Positions 14,601 to 27,097 of a DNA stretch of 64,000 nucleotides are shown piece after piece. The translations under genes and the position numbers were made by a program. The notes under the pieces are model-generated. The model did not search any database. It saw nothing but the letters and a program-made list of their open reading frames with translations, and was not told the DNA's origin. The first letter of the stretch is position 1. The number at the start of each line of letters is the position of its first letter. The stretch is from Tubulanus polymorphus (Eukaryota; Animalia; Nemertea). Location: positions 24,718,299 through 24,782,298 of the forward strand of contig NC_134025.1 of assembly GCF_964204645.1 (NCBI RefSeq), written 5' to 3'.

Positions 14601-17515
14601 GCGCCGGTGAAGTTGCGGCCAAACGTGACAACGAAATATGTGGTGTAGGCGTGGCATACGATTCTAAAATAGCCGGTATGATTCGCATTATCATATTTGA
14701 CGAATGCCCTCGCACTAGCCATCCAGAGATTAAATTAGATTTTTCAATTAAAAAATGTTTAAAATGATTAATGAATGACTGGGTGATGTTAATCTAAAGC
14801 TAAAGCACCCACTTATTTCAATATTCATGAAAAGATTTTTCTTAATGATTTTTCAAGGACTCCGTATGTTGGATCAACCATACATGACTGATTTAATCGA
14901 AGCTAACTCGATGGCCCACGAGCCCAATCTGATAGACATTTACAGCGCTAGTTGGGGTCCCACAGACGATGGTAAAACTGTCGATGGACCACGCAATGCT
15001 ACTATGCGAGCAGTCGTCAACGGTGTCAATGAAGTATGTGCAACATTTCAATAATGCTATTAAGACATTCTAAATCTGATTTTATGTATTGTTCATGAGG
15101 TATAATCTATTTTCCGAATAAAATATATATATCTATTTTAGGGTCGCCACGGTAAAGGTAGTATTTACGTCTGGGCATCGGGAGATGGAGGGCCCGATGA
15201 CGACTGCAACTGTGATGGATACGCGGCGAGCATGTGGACAATTTCTATCAACTCTGCCACAAACGACGGCCAAACTGCTAGCTACGACGAGTCATGTTCT
15301 TCAACCCTTGCATCGACTTTCTCCAATGGAAAGTCCTGGTTCATGGACGCTGGAGTGGTAAGATAAACGTTTCTTTTCAAAATGCAGTTACTCGCTTTGT
15401 TAGGGATCTAATGCAATTTACGCATCTGACGTTGGTTACAATATGCCATTTCAGGCAACAGTCGATCTGTATGGTGAATGTACGTTGAAACATTCGGGCA
15501 CATCGGCTGCTGCTCCTGAGGCTGCCGGAGTATTCGCGCTAGCGCTGGAAGCCAAGTAAGAAATCCTCTAGAATAATAATAACACAAAAGCTATGGCATT
15601 CTATGTGTCATTTCAAAAAATCACCCCTTTATTCAATGAAGAGATTGATATCTTGTTTTTCTGATATGTAAAATGAGTTGGGATTAGAATAAAGAAGACT
15701 CATTGCAATAGCGAAGGACTCGTATTTACACAACTTTCATGTTATCAGGAATTGTACATCCATGAGCTAATAAGAATTCAATTTTGGTTTACAGCAAAGG
15801 ACTGACATGGCGTGATGTCCAACATCTAACTGTTCTAACTTCCAAGCGAAATCATCTATACGATAATAGCGGTAAACATAATTGGACGATAAATGGAGCA
15901 GGACTGGAGTTCAATCATCTGTTCGGATACGGCGTGCTCGATGCTGGTGACATGGTCGACCTGGCCCTGAACTGGCGAAACGTTCCTGATCGCTACCACT
16001 GCACCGCGGGAACTGTCAAAGGAAAATAGTAAGTTCTTTTTGTTTAGACTCGATAGGGAAACAAACGCATCAGACACAGCTAATCTCAATCTCACGTTTA
16101 ACTACGCAATTTCTTAAAAAGCTCAATATTTAGATGATGCACGAGACGCAATGCAATAAGCTAAATGCTTTACAAAGGAAATGAAATAGTCTTTGTATTC
16201 ATGCGTGAGTAATTTGTGTAAAATCTTGAATGTAAGAATAATTGCTATCATCGTGTTCAGCTGCTGTCATGGACATGTTTACTGGAACTGCTCATTTCGT
16301 TACCATGGCAACGATGCTAATCAAGTAACGCTGAAATTAAAAGGCTTCGTTCAAAGGCTACGTTCAACTATTAATAACGTTCAGATGTTGTTGTTTCGAC
16401 GTTATCACTATAGCCCTTCCCTTCGAAACACTCCTTTGACGACATCAAAACTAATTTACCATCGTAATAATTTTTACATTTGCAAGAAATTTAAAAGAAT
16501 ACGTGTTACTATATCATTATCATTGAAAGGCGCTGTTAAAAAAAAATATTGCTGACGCATTTTCTTTCTATTTCGGTGAAATTAATTCATATTCGACTAT
16601 TTTAAATCGCGAATTATTTCTATTTGCATTAATCATACTACCGCAGGACCCAATGGACCTCATTCGAATAAGCATACATTTCAAATTGAATGTTAGACAA
16701 TGTCATCATTATCAATAGGAAAATATCAATATAATTTTTGATATATATAATTATAAATATATAATTTTTGAAATTAAGGTATGAACTCTAAAAAATTCTA
16801 GTCTGTCAAGATAAAAGATACATGACACCAAAGAGTCGTTAAGTTTGAAATCTCAATGCAAAAGATAAAGCTTTTTAGGATGGATTTTAAATGTATTGGA
16901 AACATTCGGTACTAATTTCATGGGGTGGGGAAATCACTTTCAAGTACAATGTTCAGTTTCCGTTCGTGTACAATTTCAGTGATTTTCATCAAGGAGAAGC
17001 CTTGCTTCTGACGATCACTACCGATGCTTGTAAAGGACATGAGAATCAAGTGAATTACCTGGAACACGTTCAGTCATTCATTACACTTCGAGCCAGCAGA
17101 CGGGGAGACGTTACAATTTTCCTCACCTCACCGATGAACACTACGTAAGTAGGGATGACCCACCCACACGTGTCAAAACATTTCAAAATGGAATTCGTTA
17201 CACATTGTACATATATCCTTTTACAGATCCATGATTTTGAGTAAACGCCCAAGAGACGAAGATGCGAAAGAAGGCTTCGTTAAGTGGCCGTTCATGACCA
17301 CACATACCTGGGCCGAGAATCCACGCGGTACGTGGCGCCTGGCCGTCATTTTCGACTCCGAGAAGCCACAAACCGGAACACTGTTCGAATGGACACTTCT
17401 TCTACATGGCACGAAAAAGGCACCTTACGCTCACCAGAAGGTCATCTTCGGAAAGCATTCCAAGTTGGCCGTAGTCAAGCGAGAACATCAGGGTCCGAAT
17501 TTCAAATTCGAGTGA
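5690..17515 (+). CDS. PCSK2: Neuroendocrine convertase 2 (prohormone convertase PC2), 13 coding exons
   Basis: Exons 5690-5884, 10748-10852, 11346-11510, 11731-11839, 12837-12874, 13804-13880, 14587-14675, 14858-15033, 15142-15357, 15455-15555, 15795-16028, 16980-17144, 17227-17515; all GT-AG and phase-compatible. Signal peptide, propeptide ending RRTKR/GY, catalytic Asp ([15 protein letters not shown]), His (HGTRCAGE), Ser ([10 protein letters not shown]), PC2-specific oxyanion-hole Asp (WASGDGG) and P-domain with RRGD. Confidence 0.98.
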
Positions 17516-19749
17516 GAACACAATTCCTCACATAAAAAAACGGCACCTTCCAATGAAAATGAAATAATGACGACGACTCTATCTTTGGTTTTGTGTGCCT
17601 CCCCTCGTCGACCTTTCTGTATTGAGTAAACTAAATAAGATATGTACATCTGTAGGCCTATAATTCATTTGTCTATCATGATAATCCTTCATGCTATAGG
17701 CGCAATTTTTGTTTCCGTTACATAGACGACCTTAATAAGATATATGTTTAATTATGATTAAATTAAATCATTATCATTACTTGATAATTGATGAAGTTTC
17801 ACAAATTGATCTCAGAAGGTTTCGTTAGTGAAATAACACACAAACAATGCGGATTGTATCTGTGCTATTGGTTAAACAACTACGAATCGGAACGAATCCC
17901 ACCGAAATTTATAGAATAGAATTATTAAAAACCTTTCATCTATTTTCGATTCTTTTGTAGGGATTTTGTGTTCTAAATACTTCAGTATTCTACGTAGGCG
18001 TTTGAACATCGCAATGCGTATAATCTATTCTAGTAGATTACAACTAGTCTTCTCAATATACTTAAGTTTGAAATTCTTAACTAGTAAATGATTTCACGAG
18101 TTCTTTTGCCTTGCACTTATTAAATGCTGTTTTGGATTGGTAACTTCTTACATGGTACGCACGCTTTGAGACCCTTGCACTAAATATATATAAAATGGAC
18201 TATATATTACTTCATGTTACAAAAAAAACTTAATCATCTATCAAAGCAATACTACAGAATTACTATTAAAGAATCAACTCAATGTAAATAGAATACTAAA
18301 GAATTCGGTTATTTGCATGCATATATACGTACGCTTGGCATTCTGGAATGGCTTATGAGGATGATGGAATATATTACGTGAAGCCCCTTTGTTAGTTTCG
18401 TACAACGTACGAACATCGTCGTGTTGTTCCCTTGTTAAATATTAACGAATTCGTTGTGGTATATATATAAGTGATAAGAAGCTTTTAAATTTCTGAGTGC
18501 ATTACGACATAGCATTCGACGAATTCAATCTATTCAAAGTCTTTAAGTGTTACTATTTTTGACATTTGGGTTTAACGGTCAAGGAACGTGTCGAGATTAA
18601 TTCTTCTCCATAAAGATTGAAAAATAAGTTTCTACACTTTTTCAAGCCACTCGTGCAGTACTATTAAGATTATATATTACAAATTTTCCGCTGATGTTCT
18701 CCAGTCCAACTTCTATTGGTAACCAAAGGCACCGCGATTTGTTGATTTTAAAAGATGCTGGATCATCCAAATGTTATAATAATTAAGGTTTATTATTCAT
18801 TATGAATACTACGATTAATTGAATCACTAATAACACACTTTTTCATTATTGATAGCCTTCTATATGATAATCAAACATTGTCTGTGCATGTTTCGCAGTA
18901 TCGTTACGCTATTACATTATCTATATTCATAAACAGCCTATGGAACCTTACAGAAATGATGGCTTCTTCTTGAACGCAGTAGAAATACAACATAACTTTT
19001 TGCCTTCAAATATCAACGATATTCTAAAAGCTCCGTCTGATTGGAAATATATCTAGTAGCATTTCACTAGCCATACGTTCGAATATCTAAAAGTTAGCGT
19101 TTCTCCGGAAATTTGGGAAGGCAGCCATCTTTTCCGAAGAATCTATAAAAGGGAAATTTGAAATACATACGAATTGCATTTAAATGATACGTGTTCGTCA
19201 TGCCTCCCCCGCTCCTCTATTAATTGTGAGCTCTCTATGTCTGTGATTTAGTTGATATTTTCTTGTACTGGTCTCTATTTGGAAATAACACCAAATCTAT
19301 ATACATATCATTTGTAATATATCGTACCTAAATACTCTATACTAACTGTTACAGTCGAGGTGGCCCTCCTGCTACTTAAAACATGTCCTATACGTCCTAA
19401 ATCTTAATTTCAGTAACGTTGCTTTGTCACTTCGCTGCCACTCAAAATGTAAAGTTGATATTGATTTTTAGAAATCCTGGGCTTGCCAAATATTTCTATA
19501 TCACTTTTTTCGGCGCAAAGAGTATCATCTATTTTGATTTATAAGAATACGTATTCAAACTGTGAATTGCTCTGCATGAAATTCAGTGACCTCGTTTATT
19601 TCTAACCCGCCGATGATGTTTTCCCACCAATATTACCGGAGGCTTTCTGTTTGTCTTGGTCATTTAAACGACATGAATTTATGGCGGCATAACTGAGCAT
19701 TTATCAAAAATATGTAAATTGTAAAGTTGTTGAATGATATTATGATATT

Positions 19750-19755
19750 AATAAA
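19750..19755 (+). other. Candidate polyadenylation signal of PC2 (implies a 3' UTR of about 2.2 kb)
   Basis: AATAAA followed by GT/T-rich sequence; earlier signals cannot be excluded. Confidence 0.3.
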
Positions 19756-20382
19756 AAGTTATTTTGTGATCAGAACAGATGTCCATACAATATATTTGTT
19801 GTCATTCATCATTTGTTTCCTGATTAGGATTCAAGGCAGTTCGCAATTTTATTTCATCACGTAGACGATGCACAGGAACTATAAACCAACAGAAAAACTC
19901 TAGCAAATGGTCAATGAATTAATGCTGTAAATTGCTGAGTTGTTCCGAGAAGGAAGTACCGGTGTAAATGTTCTGTCCCCATTGGTCCGGTATTCTACCG
20001 TATGTGTGATTATAGACCTATAACTAGAGGAATACTTTATCGGACGTCTTTTTCTGTTAAAGTCAACAAGGGGCAGTACCGAAGATAAACGAAATATGCA
20101 TCCAAATATATAGATTGCAATATAGTCTAGAGCGAATATCGTTTAAAAGTGACAATATATTTGCTTAACTCATTGATTTATTTGTGTTCAATATTTAAAT
20201 CGAATGCTCGACTTTGACATTTAAAGTTTATGTATACACTTGCTTTTTTCTTATCTTACAGATAAGTAAATTGTTCTTTGCCTACGTAATGTTTCACTTT
20301 TAAGACTAGTGACACAACGTTTACTTTATAAAGGATTATATATGTTAGAACCTATAGCCGCGCAAAGGCTAGGGAAGTTGTC

Positions 20383-21652
20383 ATGGCACATTTTTTCAAA
20401 ACGGTAGGTGTTTCAAAATTATCCATAAGCTCAGCAAAGATGAACTGAAATGTACATTAGTCTACTGAAGAAATAAAGAATTGGCTTCCCGTTTCTGTGT
20501 GCGGAGTTATGTGATATCTATATAGGAAATGCAAATTCCTGAACATTTCATCAATTTCAGGATCTCAGTGAAGCAGTTAAAGCGAAGAGTAAAGTTCCAA
20601 AATGTATCGCAGATCCACATCACTACATCGGTCAGTTTTTACACACTCGGGCTGCATCAGAACGAGACCTCACCGACAGGAATGACTCGCTAAACCGCAA
20701 AGAGCGGATGACACTTCGCAGAATAGACCGGCGTAGACAGCGAGTTATCGAAGAATTAGAAGCCGTACAGGTCAGAACAGTTAATTTGGACATTTTGGAA
20801 AACCGTCGTAGTAGTAACCCACAGAAGGCTCCAATCAAAGACATCGAAATTGATAGCATACCGAGACGAAATAGGTCAATGACACAGCCAACGAGCGTCT
20901 ACCACAATAATACTCATAAAATACCGAGAAGGAAAATTTCATCTGACCATTCTCTTCCACCACTGATCGTACAGAAACAAGAAGTCATCGATTCTAAGGT
21001 TCCCGACGTCCAGTGCTGTCCAGATCCACGTAAAAGACGCGTTTCTCAGCATGAAAGATATCGGCGAGATGCTGTCAAATACGAATCGTGTCAATCAGAA
21101 TCAAGACGTGCCGAAGCGAATCCGATATTACCATCACAACCATGTGCGAATTTGAGAAAAATTTCACTGCCGCAACTTCCTGCAAGTTCTTTCAGGAAAC
21201 TGAGGCCACAACAACAAATGTTACCACCGATCAGCAAATCATCGGATACCAGGCCGATAGGCGGCAACATAAACAACGTGAACTGGTTCACTCGCAAGAG
21301 CAGGTATTATTACCCGATGACATCACTTACTGCGTCATTAGATCAGTATAATAGCAGCCTAGCTATCAACGCTAACACGAAAAAAAGATTGAACGACGCG
21401 AAGAGGATCACGACGGTATTATCGAATATTCAGTTCCTGCGCGAATTCGAACCTGCCGATGATTCCGAGAGCATCGAAAGTGGCCCTAGCATCGGAAAAA
21501 CTTCGATAGGTAATAATTTGTGTGAGGAGACGCAACCGGCAAATTCTGATGGAAAAGCGGCAGTACAAGAAACCGAAGAAAAATCTACGATGAATGTCAT
21601 AGATATTTTGCAACTGGAAAACCGGCCACGATCATTTTCAGAACCACCGTAA
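20383..21652 (+). CDS. Uncharacterised protein of about 370 aa, N-terminal coiled coil and basic disordered tail; 2 exons
   Basis: Exon 1 20383-20403 (MAHFFKT|gtaggt). Exon 2 20561-21652 starts after tttcag and is open in phase 0 (DLSEAVKAKSK...AASERDLTDRNDSLNRKERMTLRRIDRRRQRVIEELE...). The long ORF is GC-richer than its flanks. Confidence 0.65.
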
Positions 21653-22500
21653 CAATAATTCGTGAACACGGAAGTGGAATCCTATGCTAGCTTAAGCTTA
21701 TGAATTAACGGTCATGGCGAACTTTCATGCCGTCAAAATACCGTGTAAACGTCTTCATACCGCGTAAAAATGCGATGTATGAATGCCTAGAAACGTAAAA
21801 TAGAAAATGTTCTCGTTTAGTTCATTTCTAGAATCTAGATTATTTGCATGTGTATTTGCAAGTATGTTATTATTTATCCATGTATTCATTTTGGAAATAA
21901 ATTGCAACATTGTGTACAATGAGCCAATCAATACATGATGTTGTAGCATAAAATTGCGGTTTCAGAAAAAGCTAGGCTTGTATATGAACTGAAACCCAGA
22001 ATAGGAATGTGAGATATAAAGTGTAGTAGTTGGTTATAGAGACCTACTGTGCAAAATCTACCTAAATACAGAGATTGAGATTCATAAATATAGCAGCTTA
22101 AAATGGACCAACAAAAGAGGATAGTCGATTATTAAGTGAAGATATAATGGCGTTTCATGTTTGATTTGAAATTATCCAAACTTTGGTAATCTGAGCAGAT
22201 TTGGATAAAGGGTCTGTGTATTCTAGGTAGTAATTTTAAGTGATGATTCTTAAGACTCTTTTTTGAAGTCTGTATAATTTACCGAAGTCGAAAATGTTGC
22301 CCGATACAACATTACAATAAAATAGGTGAGGGTAGATAAGGCTGACATACAGTTGTCTTATTATATTACAAGGTAAAAGTTTAGATAATTTGGAGATACG
22401 AATATGTTTTGCTACAATTGTAGTGGTGGTGATACTTGTGTGTTTTTCCCAGTTCAGTTTTTCGTCAATTTGAATGCCTAAGAATTGACGTGAAACCCTG

Positions 22501-22644
22501 GGTCCAGTTGCACATGTTATGGCTCAAATTCAAGACTAGCCTTAAACCAACATAGTTCGATAGCCAATCTAATCTAATTACTTAAGACCAGTTTTAAGAT
22601 TTAAGACCACTTTTTGACTTAAGTCACGACTGTGCAACTGGGCC
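22501..22644. mobile_element. PIF/Harbinger-like MITE
   Basis: TIRs GGTCCAGTTGCACA / TGTGCAACTGGGCC, flanked by a 3-bp CTG duplication (22498-22500 and 22645-22647). Confidence 0.75.
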
Positions 22645-22708
22645 CTGGCTGTTTATTCCTATATAGGTCACCTTCATCAGACCGAGTTGTATTTTCAATC
22701 GCGATATT

Positions 22709-22770
22709 GAAAGCGTTCTGGAATTCCCTCACCGGGAAAGCGTTCTGGAATTCCCTCACCGGGAATACCC
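22709..22770 (+). promoter_or_regulatory. 27-bp tandem duplication forming a cluster of three NF-kB-like sites
   Basis: GAAAGCGTTCTGGAATTCCCTCACCGG x2 (22709-22735, 22736-22762). TGGAATTCCC (= GGGAATTCCA on the minus strand) at 22719 and 22746, and GGGAATACCC at 22761. Confidence 0.6.
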
Positions 22771-23045
22771 ATTATCATAGAAAGTATGATTATGTCGAAG
22801 GAAAACTGAGCCGACTATTAATAACGAATACTCGGACGGATAGCTTGATCTTCGTAATATAACCAAGAGGGGACATTTAAAGTAGGTCTATTGCTGAAAG
22901 TGAATAAAGGTGAATCCTTAATCATTTGAAATGGTGTATAGTACTCGTTCACGATTTCTGAAATACATCGTTGCACATTTCAAGGTATATTATTTCATTC
23001 AAAAATTTTAAAAGAATGTCATTGTATCGTATTTTCAGCGGGAAA

Positions 23046-25106
23046 ATGTCATCATTGATCGGTATCTTCGTCGACGTGTCAGGCTCAATGAGGAGAAGCT
23101 TTACCGCAGGCAGCAGAGGCCAGAAAATGGAAGGAGGAAGCTGGGCGCGATCAATCTTTAAAACCGTTGATGAATTTATCAAACACGATGTTTCGTCTGA
23201 TGACAAAGTTTTCTCGATCGGTTTTGGTGCAAAGAATACCCCCGAGGTTTTTGACTTACTGAACACAGTCCGCTTGAATCGTGGCCACCTCGGAAATCGG
23301 CTGTACGATGATTTTGATAAAGTGGTTATATTGAACAAGTTGTTAACGATTCTAGAGAGTAATGGGGCTCCATACGTGCGAGATTGGGCAGATTGCAGTA
23401 TACTGTTGAATGAAGTTTCTCACAGAGATGCAAATACGATCCTTTCTTCAGTTGAAAAGAGTGACGAATTTAGAAGAGATTTTGTGCGGTCCTTACCTGA
23501 TGAATGTCGCATCCGATGTTATCGGTCTGAAATGGCCCGCCATTCTAGCGCAGTATTGAGTTGGTTTGGGCAAGGCACGATGTTAGGTGGCGTGTTCAAC
23601 GCACCGGAGAGAATGGTCAAGTCAAGAACAAAACAGTCCATCAGGGACGTAGTGCACAATAGTAGAATGTTGATGAAGATACGAACTCAAGATGTATCGG
23701 CTAAATCTATCATGAGTGTGGAAGAAGCATCAGCTATAATGCACGATGGCTCAAACGCCGACGAATTAAAGGAATCAGAGATTGACGAAATGATGGAAAC
23801 GGTAGAATCCGTCATCTATGGTGGAACTCCATTTTTTCAAGCGTTACGACAGGCGGAATCCCTTTTCAAAAGATCACCAAACAATGATGAAAAAAAGGTC
23901 TTAGTTATCCTGTCAGATGGTTTTCCTACAGATTCGAGAGATGTGACATCGTTTAGATCACGCTTTCTCGAAAATGGGGTTACGATTGTTACTTGTTTCA
24001 TTACGACAGATGATATTGACGACCCGAGACGGCTCTACAGCAAAAAAGGATTGTGGTGGAATGAAGGCGCTAGGTTTCTTTTTGATCTCAGTTCGACGAT
24101 TGCAACACAGGTGGTTCCTCGCACGATATTTGTCAAAAGAGGTTGGAATATCGATATAACCGACAATGAGACGCGGTTGTTTTTCCAAATAAGCCATCCG
24201 GATTTCATCGCAGATATTTGGTCATTTGCGCGAGATGTTGTATGTTCACAGGACGCTCTCGTTGATTTGTTGGCTTGGGTTGACTTGGACCTGCTGATCA
24301 ACAAGGCTAACCAGGGTTTCCGACCTCAGGAACAGAGCGGGGGTACTTGCTATGCCAATGCTGTCGCCGTGGTATTATACCTTGCAATGAAGCGTATCGT
24401 TGGTCGTACGGATGGATATCCTAACTTTTTCGATCTTCGAGCAAAAATCATCGACATCTATGGAATGCACGGGGCAAACACTCGCAATGTCCTCGATATG
24501 ATCTGTCCAGAATATCGCTTGCATCACAAACCGGTAGAAATAAAAGGAGCGCTTGTGGCTATTTCTAAAAAACGACCAGTAGTCGCAAGATTTAGACTAA
24601 CTGACGACGAGTGGCGTTCATTTTCATTGTTTTTTAGGCAAAATCCACGGGGAATTTTGTCAGAGCGTGACCTCAAGTGTCATCGACCGACGACCGACAA
24701 ACTATTCGGCCATGCAGTCGTCCTTACTAGTTACAACAGTGAATGTTTAAGATTCATGAACTCGTGGGGCACTGATTGGGCCGATAGTGGCTACTTTAAA
24801 GTAGCCAATGCCCGCGTGATCGATTTTGAATTCTTCGATGTATATTGGACGCTGTCCGATTTGCATCCATCGGAGATCCGCGAGTTCGAAAAATATGGAC
24901 CAGAAATAGCTGACCGACTATTCAAATCATTGCGGGGATTGCAATCAGCCACGTACACCTGTCCGATTTGTAGGAAACCATCGAAGGTCACAGAATTCAC
25001 GGGCAAGTTAGTTCAAGCGAAATGTCCGAATTGTTTGGAGTTGTTTAGTGTAGATGAGAGTTGTCATGATCTAGTATTGAATATGTACTTGACGTCGCTG
25101 GGTTAG
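23046..25106 (+). CDS. VWA domain + papain-family (C1-like) cysteine peptidase + C-terminal CxxC..CxxC Zn ribbon; single coding exon, about 686 aa
   Basis: MIDAS DVSGS, GGTP and LVILSDGFPTD (VWA); QEQSGGTCYANAVA, FGHAVVL and FMNSWGTDWADSGYF (papain Q/C/H/N); CPIC...CPNC. A splice acceptor (attttcag, 23038) just before ATG 23046 suggests a 5' UTR intron (donor about 22910). AATAAA at about 25231. Confidence 0.9.
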   Translation: MSSLIGIFVDVSGSMRRSFTAGSRGQKMEGGSWARSIFKTVDEFIKHDVSSDDKVFSIGFGAKNTPEVFDLLNTVRLNRGHLGNRLYDDFDKVVILNKLLTILESNGAPYVRDWADCSILLNEVSHRDANTILSSVEKSDEFRRDFVRSLPDECRIRCYRSEMARHSSAVLSWFGQGTMLGGVFNAPERMVKSRTKQSIRDVVHNSRMLMKIRTQDVSAKSIMSVEEASAIMHDGSNADELKESEIDEMMETVESVIYGGTPFFQALRQAESLFKRSPNNDEKKVLVILSDGFPTDSRDVTSFRSRFLENGVTIVTCFITTDDIDDPRRLYSKKGLWWNEGARFLFDLSSTIATQVVPRTIFVKRGWNIDITDNETRLFFQISHPDFIADIWSFARDVVCSQDALVDLLAWVDLDLLINKANQGFRPQEQSGGTCYANAVAVVLYLAMKRIVGRTDGYPNFFDLRAKIIDIYGMHGANTRNVLDMICPEYRLHHKPVEIKGALVAISKKRPVVARFRLTDDEWRSFSLFFRQNPRGILSERDLKCHRPTTDKLFGHAVVLTSYNSECLRFMNSWGTDWADSGYFKVANARVIDFEFFDVYWTLSDLHPSEIREFEKYGPEIADRLFKSLRGLQSATYTCPICRKPSKVTEFTGKLVQAKCPNCLELFSVDESCHDLVLNMYLTSLG

Positions 25107-27097
25107 TAATGGCGTAGAAACGACTGTGGAACAAACGCTAAATTACTTCCGATACCTATGCACTATGGCATTAGTGAAAATCAAATACGATTCAATTCAT
25201 TACATGTTGAAAAAAACAAACATTCATTGAAATAAATACATGTAGTGTTATTATTCATTTCCCTATGAGAATAAACTCGGGAGGTGTTCAGTATTATTAG
25301 TTTAGTTTATTGTTGTAACTATTATGTTCATATGTATGATTATTATTATCCGTATAACTCTTATTATCAATTATCTCCACTAACATTATATATATGTAAA
25401 AGTATGTAAAAGTATAAGTATCATCATTAACATCATAATTTTTTTTCTATTTTAGTCATTTTTATTATCATTATATTGAAGTATATGTATTATAGTTAGT
25501 GTATTATCATTATTACATGTACTATCATTTATATCTTTTATTGCTGCACCATTGATCATTTGACTGGTATCAAAATCGACAAAAATAAATATATATACAT
25601 GTATATTCAATATTGAATTGCACACTTGTAAATGTTTTCTCGCGATAAATTTCTTCTAAACATTACCTGTATTGCGACAAGTAAGTGAAGATATTGAGTG
25701 TCGAAGATAGTGGTACAGTGGTACAATCATCAGATCCTCTCTTATCCGAAATAAAAACGATTAATGGTAATTTTCGTCTTATTGTATTATTTATTGTAGA
25801 CAATGAGTCTATAGACAACATTAAAACATGTAGCAAGCACACTTTGTTTGGCTAAGTTATCATTAAGGCAAATTGTACGGAGCGTTACAAAGATGAAACT
25901 AAAATTCTTAAAGCAATAAAATAAATCTATCACTTCATCGAATACATTTGTTTATCTCAAACATTTCATACACTATGCTAGCGATGAACATATTCAAGGC
26001 ACCAGATATGGAATCCGTTAGAAACCCTTTATTAGAATGTTCCTATAAAAGTCGGGAAACTACGTTAGTAGTAACACATGTACTTGCGTATGCAAGTTTT
26101 ATAAAGTAATAAATACCCAGCGTAAGAGTAAGCAGAAAAAAGCTACATTACTACATAATAAAAGCACCAGTGGCAGACAGATTTTTACTAGTTTGTCTTC
26201 ACCTCTTTCAAATATAATCTGGTTTTGACAATTTTCGATGGTTTTAATTAATGCCGGAAAACGAACTTAACAAAAAACAACAGAAAAAAATAACCTAGAC
26301 CTAAAGACTTAAAGTGATATGTTTCCGTTTTATGATAAAATCTAAATGCAAATTGACGAAACATAACGACTAGGAGTAGGCCTACAAATGCAAAATTGGT
26401 TTTCTTGACTAGGTACTTGCAGTAGCATCGGCAACATTCTAAATTTGTCTATTTATCCAATGATTTTTCTAACGGAATTATCATCTCTCATATAAGATTA
26501 AATACCTAATCGATAAAACCGGTCTGATTCAAGATCGTTGCCATTTTTTACACGTACTACCAGTACTTAATCAATACAAAACGAATCAAATATTATGAGG
26601 TTAAAAATGTAAACAGTTTTGTCTAAGAGTCATCTCACCTTACACAAGCCAATTTACCAACACGTCACTACAGAAGTAAAATTCAATACCGATCAATCAA
26701 CCACAAATTAGTAACGAATAAATGTACATTCACTGTAGAATAGATTAATACTCTATACGTGTATATACGTCATGAAGAAGGCATTAAAGGTGGAAAAACA
26801 ATGACATATGTATATCTCATTATTTTGTATACGTGATCTAATGCAAGGCATTTAATAAATTGATTAATGGAAGCATTAGATTATTTGAGAACAGAATTCT
26901 AATCGTATTCAAGAACAGATTATTCATAATGCATCTTATACGATGAAGTCAATACGAAACTTTGTATGTTAGACACAATAATTGTTTTCATTGTTCATAC
27001 CAAGTCAAATACAGTAGTAATTGGAAAGATGGAAATTATGGAAGATATCTTGATTTCTGCCTCTGTTTAGATGAGATTGTCTGTCTGTCCTCTCCAG

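Noticed and set aside
22971-23045. ORF-track start (TTG 22971) of the 711-aa protein
   Set aside because: Non-ATG start in AT-rich sequence ending in a splice acceptor; ATG 23046 directly precedes the first VWA strand.
25300-25620. AT-rich low-complexity tract between convergent genes
   Set aside because: Degenerate TAT/ATT simple sequence with no defined structure.
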